Assembly (NCBI GenBank): GCA_043228905.1
Contig: JBHGNT010000002.1
Location: 10,974,001-11,038,000 of the forward strand
Length of the DNA stretch: 64,000 bases
Direction: 5' to 3'
Source: Azolla caroliniana
Lineage: Eukaryota > Plantae > Polypodiophyta
Every line of letters starts with the position of its first letter. Positions within the stretch are counted from its first letter, which is position 1. Below, piece by piece: positions 1 through 11,313 of this stretch. The notes beneath the pieces are model-generated. The model did no database searches. It saw only the letters and a list, made by a program, of their open reading frames with translations, and was not told where the DNA came from. Both the position numbers and the translations under genes were made by a program.

Positions 1-2460
1 TTCTTCAACCTTTTTCTAGCCGGTTGCCCATTTAGCCTTGCTTCTTTGACCCATTGTGCAAGTGTGTCCTCCTTCGACAACCTTTTCATCACCTCAGCAT
101 CGGCTTGCACATCAGCCGCGTCTTGCGATAGCTTTTCCAGTACAATGGGATCTGTTTGGACATTATCAGTAGTTGGGCTCGGTGGGGTCGAATCAAAGTT
201 TTGGGATTCGAAGAAATGTTGCATCAAGTGTTCAAAAACACCATTGTTGTGAACCTTAAATTTACATGTTGTTTCCAATATTTCATGGCTTTTCACTTCG
301 TTGCCTAATTCAACACCATCTTCCAAAAGAATAGGGTGGAGCTGATCTGAAGGAGATATGATAACAGGACTCTTACTTTCACCCACGTTAGCAGCTATCT
401 CCTCATTGGTTGCAGCGTCATCAGCATCAAACACCTCATGCACCCTCCTTAATCCACAAGATTCTACAACAACATGGTCACTAACTAGCTACTCAGCTAC
501 ATCTTAGCTATTGTACTAAACTATGGTAGTAGCTAATTAGCTACCACTTAGTTAATTAGCTACTCAGCTAAAGTATGGTAGTAGCTAATTAGCTACCACT
601 TAGCTACTTAGCTACTCAACTAAACTATGGTAGTAGCTAACTAGCTACCACTTATCTAATTAGCTATTGTACTAAACTATGGTAGTAGCTAATTGGCTAC
701 CACTTAGCTAATTAGCTACTCAACTAAAGTATAGTTGTAGCTAATTAGCTACCACTTAGCTAATTAACGACATGTTAGCTAATTAGCTACTACACTACAA
801 CCATAACAGCTAAATAGTTTCCACACTTTATACGGCTTACCTAATTAGTAAAGATGTAACTAATTAGCTACACTATGGTCACAAGTAGCAATTTTACCTG
901 CTAGTTTTCTCCACTCATCTGGGAGAGTGGTACTGCAATCTCCCAATCAGAATGCAACAATGTGAAAGGCATATTGAAAACAAACGATATGGTATTTGTG
1001 TCGGCATGGTTGTAGGTGAACCAACAGAGTAGCAGATTTGTCCTCTACACGTAATCCGCAAGCGATGCAACGTGCTTGAACAATCAATATATTGTTTCTT
1101 GGTTCTCCTTCATTTGGTAAGGGAGCAAGAATGTTCAGGTCCAATTCTTGTCTGCTCTTTACCATCCCTTCTACAAAATGTAGTTGTTTCTTAAGGAAGC
1201 TAACTACCTGTTCTTGACGGGAGTATTGTTCCTTCAACGCAGCTGAGAAATTTACCGATTAATTATTCCTACAACAAGAATTGGACCTGAATTGTAGCTT
1301 GTCCAAATTGTAATCAGCGATAGTATTTACACCTAGAAGGTCCAGGTTCACTGAAAGAACCTAGATCTCTATCTATAGTTGAATTTTCCATTGGGGATCC
1401 AACGATGCCTCAATTTCAAGCTCATGTTGAGCAACCTATTTCAGATAATGCCTCACTAGCACATTTTCATGTACAATTTATTTATAACATATTACATACT
1501 AGCAAAACAATAGGTACCTGAATCTTATTTCTGATTGTTGTAATTGCCAAAGTGACTTTGCTCTCCATCGTAGCAACCAATGTTGCTTTCTCTAAATCAG
1601 TCTTAAAAAACTCCAATGTCTCATAGGCTTCATGAACATTTTTTAGCATATAACTAATCAATGTCTCACCTGTATCATCGACATTGGCTTTCATTTTGTG
1701 TCGGTTTGTTGGGAGTCGGTAGTTACATCATCAACTACCATGCTCCAAAATCTTGCCATTTTTTGTTGCAAGCTCCCCATCTTCCGACATCTTTCTACCA
1801 ATGCCTCACCATAAATTGCCCAAGATACCCTTTACATTTCAGGGTCATGAGATTCCTTCGTTGGTTTGCAAAACTTGTATGCAAAATTTCTGGCAAATGA
1901 AACGAACAACTTGTTGTTGACAAATTGCGATAGAATTTGTCATGAGAATTGGTGCAATCAGAATCAGAAATTTGTAATTGGAAATTTGTAACCAGAAACT
2001 TGTAATTTGAAATTTGTAATCAGAAACCCTAAACCAGTTAAGGAAAACACAAACTCTAATCATCACTAAAGGCAGAAATCAACCGTAATATGAAATTCTG
2101 TCAATCGGAAACACACCTGTTGCTACACCCCGATCTTCATGACATCCTTGTTTGGGACTCCAATGACTTTGCCCTATTCGATTTTTGGGAAAGATGAACA
2201 AGCACCAAAGTTACAGACAATTATCAGAAAGGAAAAAAAAGTGTTTTTTTAATATGTAACTGATACATACATGGACAAGGATCGAACTAGTCGTGTGTTG
2301 TAGCTCTGAAGGTGCAATGTTGATCTCAGAGTTTTTGTGCTGTTGCAGGAGCTTCATCTACGTTCGTGTTCAGACTACTCCATCTGTTTGGAGTTCGAAC
2401 TCGAACTCAAGATTATCAGGAATTTCATGACATTCAAGTCTACCTTAGATGATGGCACTA
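1..2460 (-). pseudogene. Multi-exon degenerate gene encoding a RING-H2-like zinc-finger protein (TE cargo/accessory gene); 5' boundary approximate
   Basis: ORF 947-1237 has CIAC-x17-C-x-H-x2-H-x2-C, then a stop and GDC. GT..AG intron at 897-464 and a further donor at ~1517. Coding-like exons at 1-463 and 1518-1840. Confidence 0.55.
470..880. repeat. 52-bp tandem array of TAGCTAATTAGCTA palindromes in a predicted intron
   Basis: TATGGTAGTAGCTAATTAGCTACCAC (or variant) starts at 522, 574, 626, 678 and 730. Confidence 0.9.
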
Positions 2461-2673
2461 TTCCCCAAGTTCCACTACGTCAGAAACCAAAGTTCAAATA
2501 TTTGAGTATTCTCATAAATTAAATGCCATGTATTTAACTAATAAAACATAAAATTTCGTAAACCATCCTTATGATTTTCCCACAAAATACTAGCTAAACA
2601 AATAGCTAACTAGTTGTGGCCATTTTAGTAGCTAATTAGCTATAATAGTGTTTCCACTTGCATGCTTTTACCC

Positions 2674-2965
2674 ACATGGCATAAGTAGAAACATGAAAAT
2701 ATAGGTCTAAAAACAAGTGACCTAGCCTAATGGTATGTGCGTTGCATTTGGTATGTGGGGTCGTGGGTTCAAGTCTCTCAAATGTTATTCAATACAATAT
2801 TTTCGTTTATCTTTATATCCTTTATGATACCTTAAAACAAATAACCTAACCTAGTTGTATGTACTTCCTACTTGGTGTGTGAGATTATGGGTACAAGTCT
2901 TTCCAATATTACTTAATACAATATGTAAGTATATATTTATATTGTGAGGCAAATCCTTCATGACA
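2674..2965 (-). repeat. 3' LTR remnant of Gypsy A
   Basis: Begins TGTCATG on the minus strand right after the PPT AGAGGGGGTAGG; aligns to 53959-54248. Confidence 0.88.
2718..2780 (+). promoter_or_regulatory. tRNA-Pro-like Pol III cassette (A and B boxes) in the LTR of A; second degenerate copy at ~2845-2902
   Basis: A box TAGCCTAATGG at 2723-2733, loop TTTGGTA, B box GGTTCAAGTCT at 2766-2776. Confidence 0.65.
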
Positions 2966-3032
2966 CCTACCCCCTCTAAACTTGCACATTGGTTGTGTAT
3001 AGTTCGTCCAACACTTCCTCCGACTCTTTTAG

Positions 3033-4587
3033 TTATTCTCCTTTTTCACAAAATTCGGGCTCTAGTGACTCCCTCATTTTAAATATTTTAATCCTTTTTC
3101 CTGCAATTGGGATACGAATTTCTGTCCCATCTAATTCATTGAAGAAATATGTGGCCTTATCTGTTATTTTCCTAACTTCATAAGGTCCAAACCATCTTTT
3201 TGCGAACTCCCGAATAGTACTGTATTGATTATCTAGGCTACTATCATATACTAATACCCAATCTCCCTCTTGTACCTTTCTTGGTCGTATTCTTTTCATC
3301 TTGTCAAATCTGTCCTTATTCTTGATTCTTGCCTTTTTCAATCTAGTAGCAGTTGTTTCTATGTCTTTTGTCCTTGATTGAAGTTGTCGTATCCGAATCA
3401 CAAGTAAATCTTCCCTACTCATTTCTGATTCCCACGACAACACAACCCATGTAGTTATCTTTTCTTCCATTGGCATTATCAGCTTCTGTCATGTGATTAA
3501 TTCTGCAGCCATATATCCAGTAATAGTGTTGTCAGTTGTCCTATCAGCCCACAGTGCATAGGGTAATCATTAACCCGTCCTTTACATGCCTTTGCCAAAG
3601 CTTTGACTAATGGCCCATGTCCTCTTTCTATCTTTCCATTAGCTTCCGGATTGTACGGCGTTGTCAAAGAAAGCTGAATTCCTACTTTGTCAAAAAAATC
3701 TTGAGCTTCCACAGAATTGAGCTCTCACCTATCTGCCAGTATCTTCCCGATACATCCATATCTACAAACAATCTCCTCCAAGATGAATTGGCATACTCCT
3801 AATGTCCCATTTGTTCACAATGCACATCCTTCAACTAGATTTGCTAGAACTTCTCTTGTAAGAACCAAGTATCTCTTTTGTCCTACTCCAAGTAGCATTG
3901 TAACCAAATCTATCATCCACTTGTAATGCACCCCCAGTGAGTATGTTGGATGAAACCCATTACAAAATTTTATATTTGAATAATATTTACAAGTGGGACA
4001 AGTTTCCACATACTTTTTTATTTCCTCATAGTTTTGAGGCCACCAAAACCGTTCTTTAATCTTACTGAAAGTAGCCCACACTCCTCGATGACCAACCCAT
4101 TCTTTGTCATGCAACTCTCTCATTATCTCCTTTCTTTGCACTTCAGAACTTATTACTCTTTGCAGGTTTCTAGTCTTGGTTTTCAGATGTTGCCATAGAT
4201 ATCCTTCATGTAGGAAGAACTTATGGGTTTTCTTACGAAATTGCGCGAACTCTTTTCTAGATAGACCTTTGTCCTTGTCAGGGGTTTGTAGATATTTCCC
4301 TATTTCCTTGAATTCTTCTTCATACTCCTCTTCTAAAAATTGCATTCCTCCTTCTCAGCTAATGCTTGTGGTAAAGACTATTTGTTCTTTGTCCTCATCG
4401 TCCAAGTCTGGAATCTCCTCTTCCTTATACCTTTCTCTTGATAACATATCTACTATTGCATTTCTATTCTCAGAGATATGTCTAACTTCAGGGTTGATTG
4501 ATCTAATATAGATACACCATCTTAACATGGCTTGATCTAGAATATCACAATTCGTTATGATACCAAGAATAGGCAAACAATTTGTTT
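3033..4587 (-). pseudogene. pol: Gypsy A pol, RNase H end and integrase
   Basis: HHCC zinc finger (LHDKEWVGH..CPTC), YNPEANGKIERGH, WFGPY motif. Confidence 0.9.
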
Positions 4588-4592
4588 TTATT

Positions 4593-7500
4593 TGTTGAGC
4601 GGCAAGCTGAACTGGAGCCGGATCAGCTGAATAAGCCTGAGCCGGCAAGCGAGACGGATCGGTAAGCTGTGAGCAACCGAGCCGGCAAGCAACCGAGCCG
4701 GTGAGCTGGGGAGCCGGTTAGCCGGATCCGATCAGTAACCGAAAGCCTAGTATTAGTGTAGACTACTAGGCAATTATAGTCTCGTAGTAAGTTCAGATGC
4801 TCATGTGAGCATTGAAGTACGCGGTACTTCTATCAGTCCCACGAGGACTTGTATAAATAGTGCTACTGAGCATAGTTGTATGTACAGAGTGATCATATTG
4901 TTTTTCAATATAGTGTTTACGTTCTGCTCTCTCTGTCTCTCGCGTGTACTCTGTGTATTCCCTACTTTCTCTGTTTTCTAACACTTCCGCAAGTAATCGT
5001 TAACATGGTATCAGAGCGGGAGGGTTGAGAACCTCCTCTGCAGCTGACAAACGCTTGAAAGCAAACCCTAACAGGTCGTAAAACAACAGACAGAGAAGTG
5101 ATGGATAGAGGGATGGCTTGCTCGCTCCCTGTGGAGAAACTTGACAGATCCAACTATGCATCTTGGTCGTATAAGATGCACTAGTACCTGCTTGGGCATG
5201 GCTATTGGAGTTTCGTCGAAGGAGCCAACGAAACAGCACCTGATGCGGCACATAAGGACTTCCCAGTGTGGGAACAATCGGCAAGTAGAGTGATGTACTA
5301 CTTCGCGTCCAGTGTCAGAGACCAGCTGCTGAGCCACATCCGAGACGTCAAGATGCCGAAGAAGGTTTTCGGCGCAAGCACTACAGCCCGGAAGCTGCAA
5401 CTCCGACAAGAGTTGAGCAATGTCCGACAGAAGGACATGTCGGTGGCGGATTACACGGCCCGGATCTAAGAGATCTGTGACTCGCTTGCCTCTATCAACG
5501 TTACCGTAGACGAAGACGAGATGGTACAAGTCTGTCTTGGGGGCTTGGCGTCTAAGTTCAGAGCGTACCGAACGGCGGTGTGTACAAGGGAGAATACGCC
5601 ATCATTTTTCAACTTACAGTCGATGCTCCTTGTAGAGGAGAACCACGCCGGTGCATCAACTAGCGCACCCACTGATAGCCGAATGTTGTACACGGAGGCG
5701 GATCAGTCCCGTGGGCGTGGTGGACGAGGCGGGTCGGCACACAATGGAGGCGGCTGGCAAGAGCAAGAACAAAGGCACAAAGAACGTGCCGACGGCAGTT
5801 CCGGGACAGGTAGGGGGAGTCATGGTGACACCGGAAGACGGCAAGAGAAGCCAGCAACGGAATGCTGGTACTGTGGCAAAAAGGGCCACAGAGAAAGCGA
5901 GTGCTGGAGAAAACGAGCCGATTCGGACAAATCCGGATCCAGCAAGGTCGTCAAAGCTTGCACTACGCGAAGGGATCGGGAGGATCCAAGAACGGTAAAG
6001 GGCCAACCTTGGTAATGAAGCACGAGGCGAATTCGATGAAGAAGACCACTTCCAAATCAGAGGAAGTGTGGTATGTTGATTCTGGTGCGTCGAACCACAT
6101 GACGAGCCACAAAGAGTGGTTCTCCTTTTTGGAGAAACCGAATCAACCAGGAGTTGTCGAAACCGGAGACGACACTCCTCACTCAATCATGCACGTCGGA
6201 GAAGTCCCTTTGAGCCACATCAGATAGAAGGGGAGGCTGATGAACATATTACACGTTCCGACAATCACGAAGAACCTGGTGTCAGTCGGACAGATCGTCG
6301 ACCAGGGGATGCAGGTGCGGTTTACGCACCTTGTGTGCTTTATCGAGGAAGAGGGCCAGATTATTGCGCAAGGGCGTAGAGACGGGAGGATGTTTATCCT
6401 CAACACCAATGACATTGGCACTTCTCTGTTTGCAAAAGGACAGAAGGTCGAATCGGACATCGACTTGTGCCACAATCGGATAGGCGACGTCAATTACCAG
6501 AGGCTTCAAAACCTGCAAACGAAACAAGTTTTTTTCGGTTTGCCAAAGTTCAGCGACCGGAAGGCCCAAGTATGTGAAGCCTGCCAACTCGGGAAGCAAC
6601 ACCGGCTTCCATTCCCTACCGAACGTAACTGGAGTCGTAACAAGCTCGACCTAATCCATTCAGATGTGTGGGGACCGACATAGAATGTTAGTCTTGGCGG
6701 GAGTCGATATTTCGTCTCCTTCATCGACAACTATACGTGACACACATGGATCTACCTCATTGAGTGGAAGAGTGACGTCTTCGAGTGCTTCCTGAGCCTC
6801 CAAAGCATGGTGGAACGGGAATTGGAGAGGAAGATCAAATGCCTGCGGTCGGATGGCAGGAAAGAATACTTTTCTGGCCAATTCAACAGTTATCTGCAGC
6901 AACAAACGGGAATTTGGCGAGAGTTCAGCTGCAGATACACACCGCAACAGAATGGTGTTGCCGAGAGGAAGAACCGGTCGCTTATCGATGCGGCAAGGGC
7001 AATGCTGGAGGAGAAGAGCATGCCCAAATTCTTCTGGGCGGAGGCAGTCTGAACGGTTGTCTACATCCAAAACCGGATCGGTGACAAGGTGTCAGCTCAC
7101 GAGCTGTATTTCGGGTGGAAGGCGAATTTGAGACACCTTAAGATCTTTGGTAGCATTGCATATGTGCATGTACCGGATGAGAAGCGAAGGAAGATGGATG
7201 CAAAATCGGAAAAGTGCATCCTAGTTGGCTATGCTCAAGAACAAAAGGGTTATAAGTGTTATAACCCCCGGACAAGGCAGGTCCGAGTTAGTCGAGATGT
7301 CGAGGTTGATGAATCGGCATCGTGGTACTCCTTACCGACTCTGACTTCCGAATCTGACCCGATGCCGGAGGATGAGGCTAGTGAGCCTGGACCGGCCTAG
7401 GTAGAGGAAGATGAAGTGTGGACTCAGGATGAGAGTCCGGAATCGTTTCGGTTGAGCGGGCCGAACGAGAGACTAAGTCAATCCTACTAGTCCGATGAGG

Positions 7501-10384
7501 AACCGGTGAGTAGTGGAGACTCTGTCATGCACTCCCTGCGCAAGGAACCGAGGAGATGGTTCACACGCCAAGAGAAGGGGAAGAAGAAGATGCCGGAATT
7601 CGAAACCGGCAATGATGAGTTGGATCGGCGTGCATCCAACTCCGGCAAGGAGATAGGTGGATCTTCGGCAACAAAGACCAAACCGGCCAAGAAGGGCCTC
7701 AAACCGGGTAACGGTGAGTTACGCCGGTCCACCCACCAGAAGGATCTCATCAAGCGGTACGGGTACAATGAGTACATGGCGCATCACTATGCGTACATGA
7801 CTAAGGTGGTGGGGGTGCGTGAGCCAGAGAGCTACGTAGAAGCGACCAAGGATGCAAATTGGCATGCTGCTATGGAGGAAGAAATGCGGGCATTTGATGT
7901 CAATGAGACATGGGAACTGGTTGACCCTCCTCGTCACTGTAAACTGATCGGATGCAAGTGGATATACAAGGTAAAGTACAACGCTGATGGTTCTGTTAAA
8001 CGGTATAAAGCCCGGTTAGTGGAGAAGGGATACGCACAGACCCACGGAATCGACTACGACGAGACCTTCGCTCCTGTAGCGAAGATGACGACGGTTCGAG
8101 TGGTGTTGGTGGTTGTTGCGGCAAGGGGGTGGCATCTTCATCAAATGGATGTGAAGAATGCATTTCTTTAAGGTGATCTTGAAGAAGAACTCTTTATGAC
8201 TCAGCCTCCCGTTTTCAATTGGAGATGAACAAGTCGGCGGTATGTCTACTGAAGAAGTCGTTGTATGGCCTGAAGCAAGCCCCTCGAGCTTGGAATGTGA
8301 AGATCACGTACCGGTTGTGTAAGATGGGGTTTGTGGCCTCCAAATCGTACTCTTCATTGTTCATCCGGCAAGGCTCAGCCGGGGCAGTATGTATACTGCT
8401 GTATGTTGATGATCTAGTCATCACCGGACCGGGTGTTCCAGAAATCAACTGCGTCAAGTCCCAGTTGTCGGACGCATTTGAGATGAAGTTCTAGGGGACC
8501 TTCATTATTTTCTTGGGATCGAGGTGATCCGAACCCCAGACGACATATTGCTCTCACAACGACATTACGTTTTGAATATGTTGTACAAGTTCGGTACGAC
8601 AGAATGTCGACCTGTATCCACACCCTTGGACCTGAACCAGAAGCTTCATCCCAACTCCGGACAGGCCTGCAACGAGAACGGTTCCGGCAAATTGTCGGAA
8701 GCCTTCTTTACTTGACTATCACGCGACCCGACATTAGCTATCCGGTCGGAATGATAAGTCAGTTCATGCAAAAGCCGACCGTGGAGCACCTTCAATGTGC
8801 ACAAAGGATATTGCGGTATGTCAGCGGCACGAAGGACCGAGGACTGTTATACCGGCGAGGTATACCCGAAGAGCTCGTGGGTTACACAGATGCCGACTGG
8901 GCTGGCGATGCATCAGATCGCTGATCAATCTCCGGTTACATGTTTTCCCTAGGTAGCGCGGTTGTTGCGTGGAACAACAAAAAGCAGCCAACAATTGCTC
9001 TGTCGAGCACTAAGGCTGAGTATCGTGGCGCTACCCTTGCCACCTGTGAAGCCATTTGGCTTCGGTGATTGCTGCAAGACCTACGGATCGAGGTCCCGTC
9101 CCCGATTTTGGTCTACTGCGACAACATCAACAGCATGGAACTCGCCAAGAACCCTGTATTCCATGCTCGCAGAAACCACATAGAAGTGCACTATCACTTT
9201 ATGCATGAGCATGTCCTGAGCGATGAGGTCGACCTTTGGAATGTTCACACAGACCGGCAAGTTGCCGACATCTTCACCAAACCGCTCGGATCGGACAAGT
9301 TGCAACACTTCACCGAAATGCTTGGTGTTCAACATCTCGACGCGCCACACTTGAGGGGGAGAACAGGCAAGGACACCGGAATGGGCAAAGGCAAAGAGAC
9401 TGCCGATTGCTCCGGTGAGGGAACCACCGATGAAGGGAAAGTCAAGAAGAAGAAAGGAGCCGAGTTGACAAGGGAAGTTGACACGTCCAAACAAGTCGGA
9501 ACAAGCGGCATCAACGGCAGAGTCAAGAAGGACAGAGCCGATCGAAGGAAGAAGGCCAAGACCTGGATATGGTCCGATGTGGTGAAGGTCTTGGAACCAG
9601 AAGACGAATCGGGAGCAACCGATTCGGACAAGAGCTAGAATGAATCGGAGATAGTCGATTCGGTTCAAAAGACAGATTCGGAAGAACCGGATCAATTCAA
9701 GTCCAAGCAAACACGGACGCAGCGGAAGTCGATGCCATCGCGGAGGAACTGATGGATCCATAAGCGCCGGAATCATAGCAATGAAGGACCTGAGAGGGGC
9801 CTTTTGAGCAGACATACCGACCAAGAAGATCAAGACGCGCAGAACAAGAGGGGTCGCAGCAAACAAAACCGGACCGGATGAGGAGCGCGAGCAAGGCGGA
9901 GCGACGCCAGGAGAACTTGGTTGGAAGAACCGACTGCCACAGAGACTGACACAAGGATCCAACCTCAAGTTGAGCTTGAGGGGGAGTGTTGAATGACAAG
10001 ATCAACTAGAGCCGGATCGGCTGAATAAGCTTGAGCCGGCAAGCGAGACAGATCGGTAAGCTGTGAGGAACCGAGCCCGCAATCAACAGAGCTGGTTAGC
10101 CGGATCCAATCAGTAATCGGAAGCCTAGTATTAGTGTAGACTACTAGGCAATTATAGTCTCGTAGTAAGTATCAGATGCTCGTGTGAGCATTGAAGTACA
10201 CAGTACTTCTGTCAGTCCCACGAGGACTTGTATAAATAGTGCTACTGAGCATAGTTGTATGTATAGAGTGATCATATTGTTTTTGAATATAGCGTTTACG
10301 TTCTGCTCTCTCTATCTCTCCCGTGTACTGTGTGTATTCCCTACTTTCTCTGTTTTCTAATGCTTCTGCAAGTAATCGTTAACA
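4593..10384 (+). mobile_element. Copia LTR retrotransposon E, full length and degenerate
   Basis: LTRs 4593-5005 and 9987-10384 (TG..CA); PBS TGGTATCAGAGC 5006-5017 (tRNA-iMet type); PPT ends 9986; TSD TTATT/CTATT. Confidence 0.95.
5101..9986 (+). pseudogene. pol: Copia E gag-pol with C-terminal extension
   Basis: [65 protein letters not shown]; many stops and frameshifts. Confidence 0.93.
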
Positions 10385-10389
10385 CTATT

Positions 10390-10735
10390 ATTACTTGAAC
10401 ACCAATTAAGTAATCTCTATTTGTCTTAACTGTTGCTAATATCCCCCATATCTCTCTTTTGACCTATGCATATTTTATTTGTCGACCACTAAGAACCTTC
10501 GCTCCGAATCGGACTGGATACCTTTCTACCCCATCTTGTTGGTTTATCACCCATCCAATTCCAATGGAACTGGAGTCTACTATGAGATATATGGGCCGGG
10601 TGTAGTCAGGTTGCTTTAATGGTGGAGCTTGTGCTAAGTAGGACTTTAATTTCCTCATTGCTTCTGAATGCTCTTCACTCCATTCAAATGTTTCTTAGGA
10701 GTCTATTTAAAGGTTCAGATAAATGGGCATAATCC
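10390..10735 (-). pseudogene. pol: Gypsy A pol, RT thumb/RNase H segment
   Basis: DYAHLSEPL..LAQAPPLKQPDY..VDSSSIGIGW. Confidence 0.85.
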
Positions 10736-10830
10736 AGATTTGTAATGAGGAGCAAGAGTGGCTGAGATGCAGCGGATGGACTGTGTGTACATAAGGCCAA
10801 AATAGAGAGAGAGTTTAAGACAGAGATAAC

Positions 10831-11254
10831 TGTCATGATAACACTCACATCATGCATCGAAAGGATCATGACACTCACATTATGACTCGAAACGATTTGA
10901 ACCCACGACCTTGTTGTACACATGTCAAATCCTTAATCATTGTATTAATATTCTTATAAGTATAAGTTTTAGAATATGAAATCTAATATCATAGGAATAT
11001 TCTATATTACTCTACATTCTAGAATGACCTAGAATATTCTAGACTGTTCTATACCACTAGAACCTTCTAGAATACTCTAGAGATCTTCTAGATTACTCTA
11101 CATTCTAGGATAACCTAGAATATTCTAGAGTGTTCTCTATAACTTATAAATAGGGATCTGTACCACTCATCCCAAACCTAAATTGGTTTAAGCCCATTTT
11201 GTAGCCTACTCTTTGTAATCCATTTTACTCTTCAATATAATAATTCTCTTTCAA

Positions 11255-11305
<51 letters not shown>

Positions 11306-11313
11306 TCTTGACA
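10831..11313 (+). mobile_element. Solo LTR S with antisense tRNA-like segment, TCTAGA-rich repeats and (CT)n
   Basis: TGTCATG...TTGACA flanked by ATAAC on both sides; TATAAATA near 11145. Confidence 0.85.
11258..11302. repeat. (CT)n microsatellite
   Basis: Pure CT run. Confidence 0.95.

Larger units (their letters stand above)
1..2673 (-). mobile_element. Right end of a probable DNA transposon inserted into the 3' LTR of Gypsy A; left end outside window
   Basis: Homology between the two LTRs of A stops abruptly at 2674 (ACATGGCATAAG). The foreign segment ends ...CCACTTGCATGCTTTTACCC (reverse complement starts GGGTAAAAG). The TAGCTAATTAGCTA motif recurs at ~2590-2642 and in the internal array. 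Confidence 0.6.

Noticed and set aside
2718-2780. Functional tRNA genes (also 14017-14078 and 54003-54065)
   Set aside because: No convincing acceptor stem and weak arms; recorded only as tRNA-like A/B-box cassettes.
9081-9968. 295-aa antisense ORF, and similar antisense ORFs at 17764-18401 and 60965-61506
   Set aside because: Shadow frames of the purine-rich copia tail; no recognisable domain and inconsistent lengths between copies.
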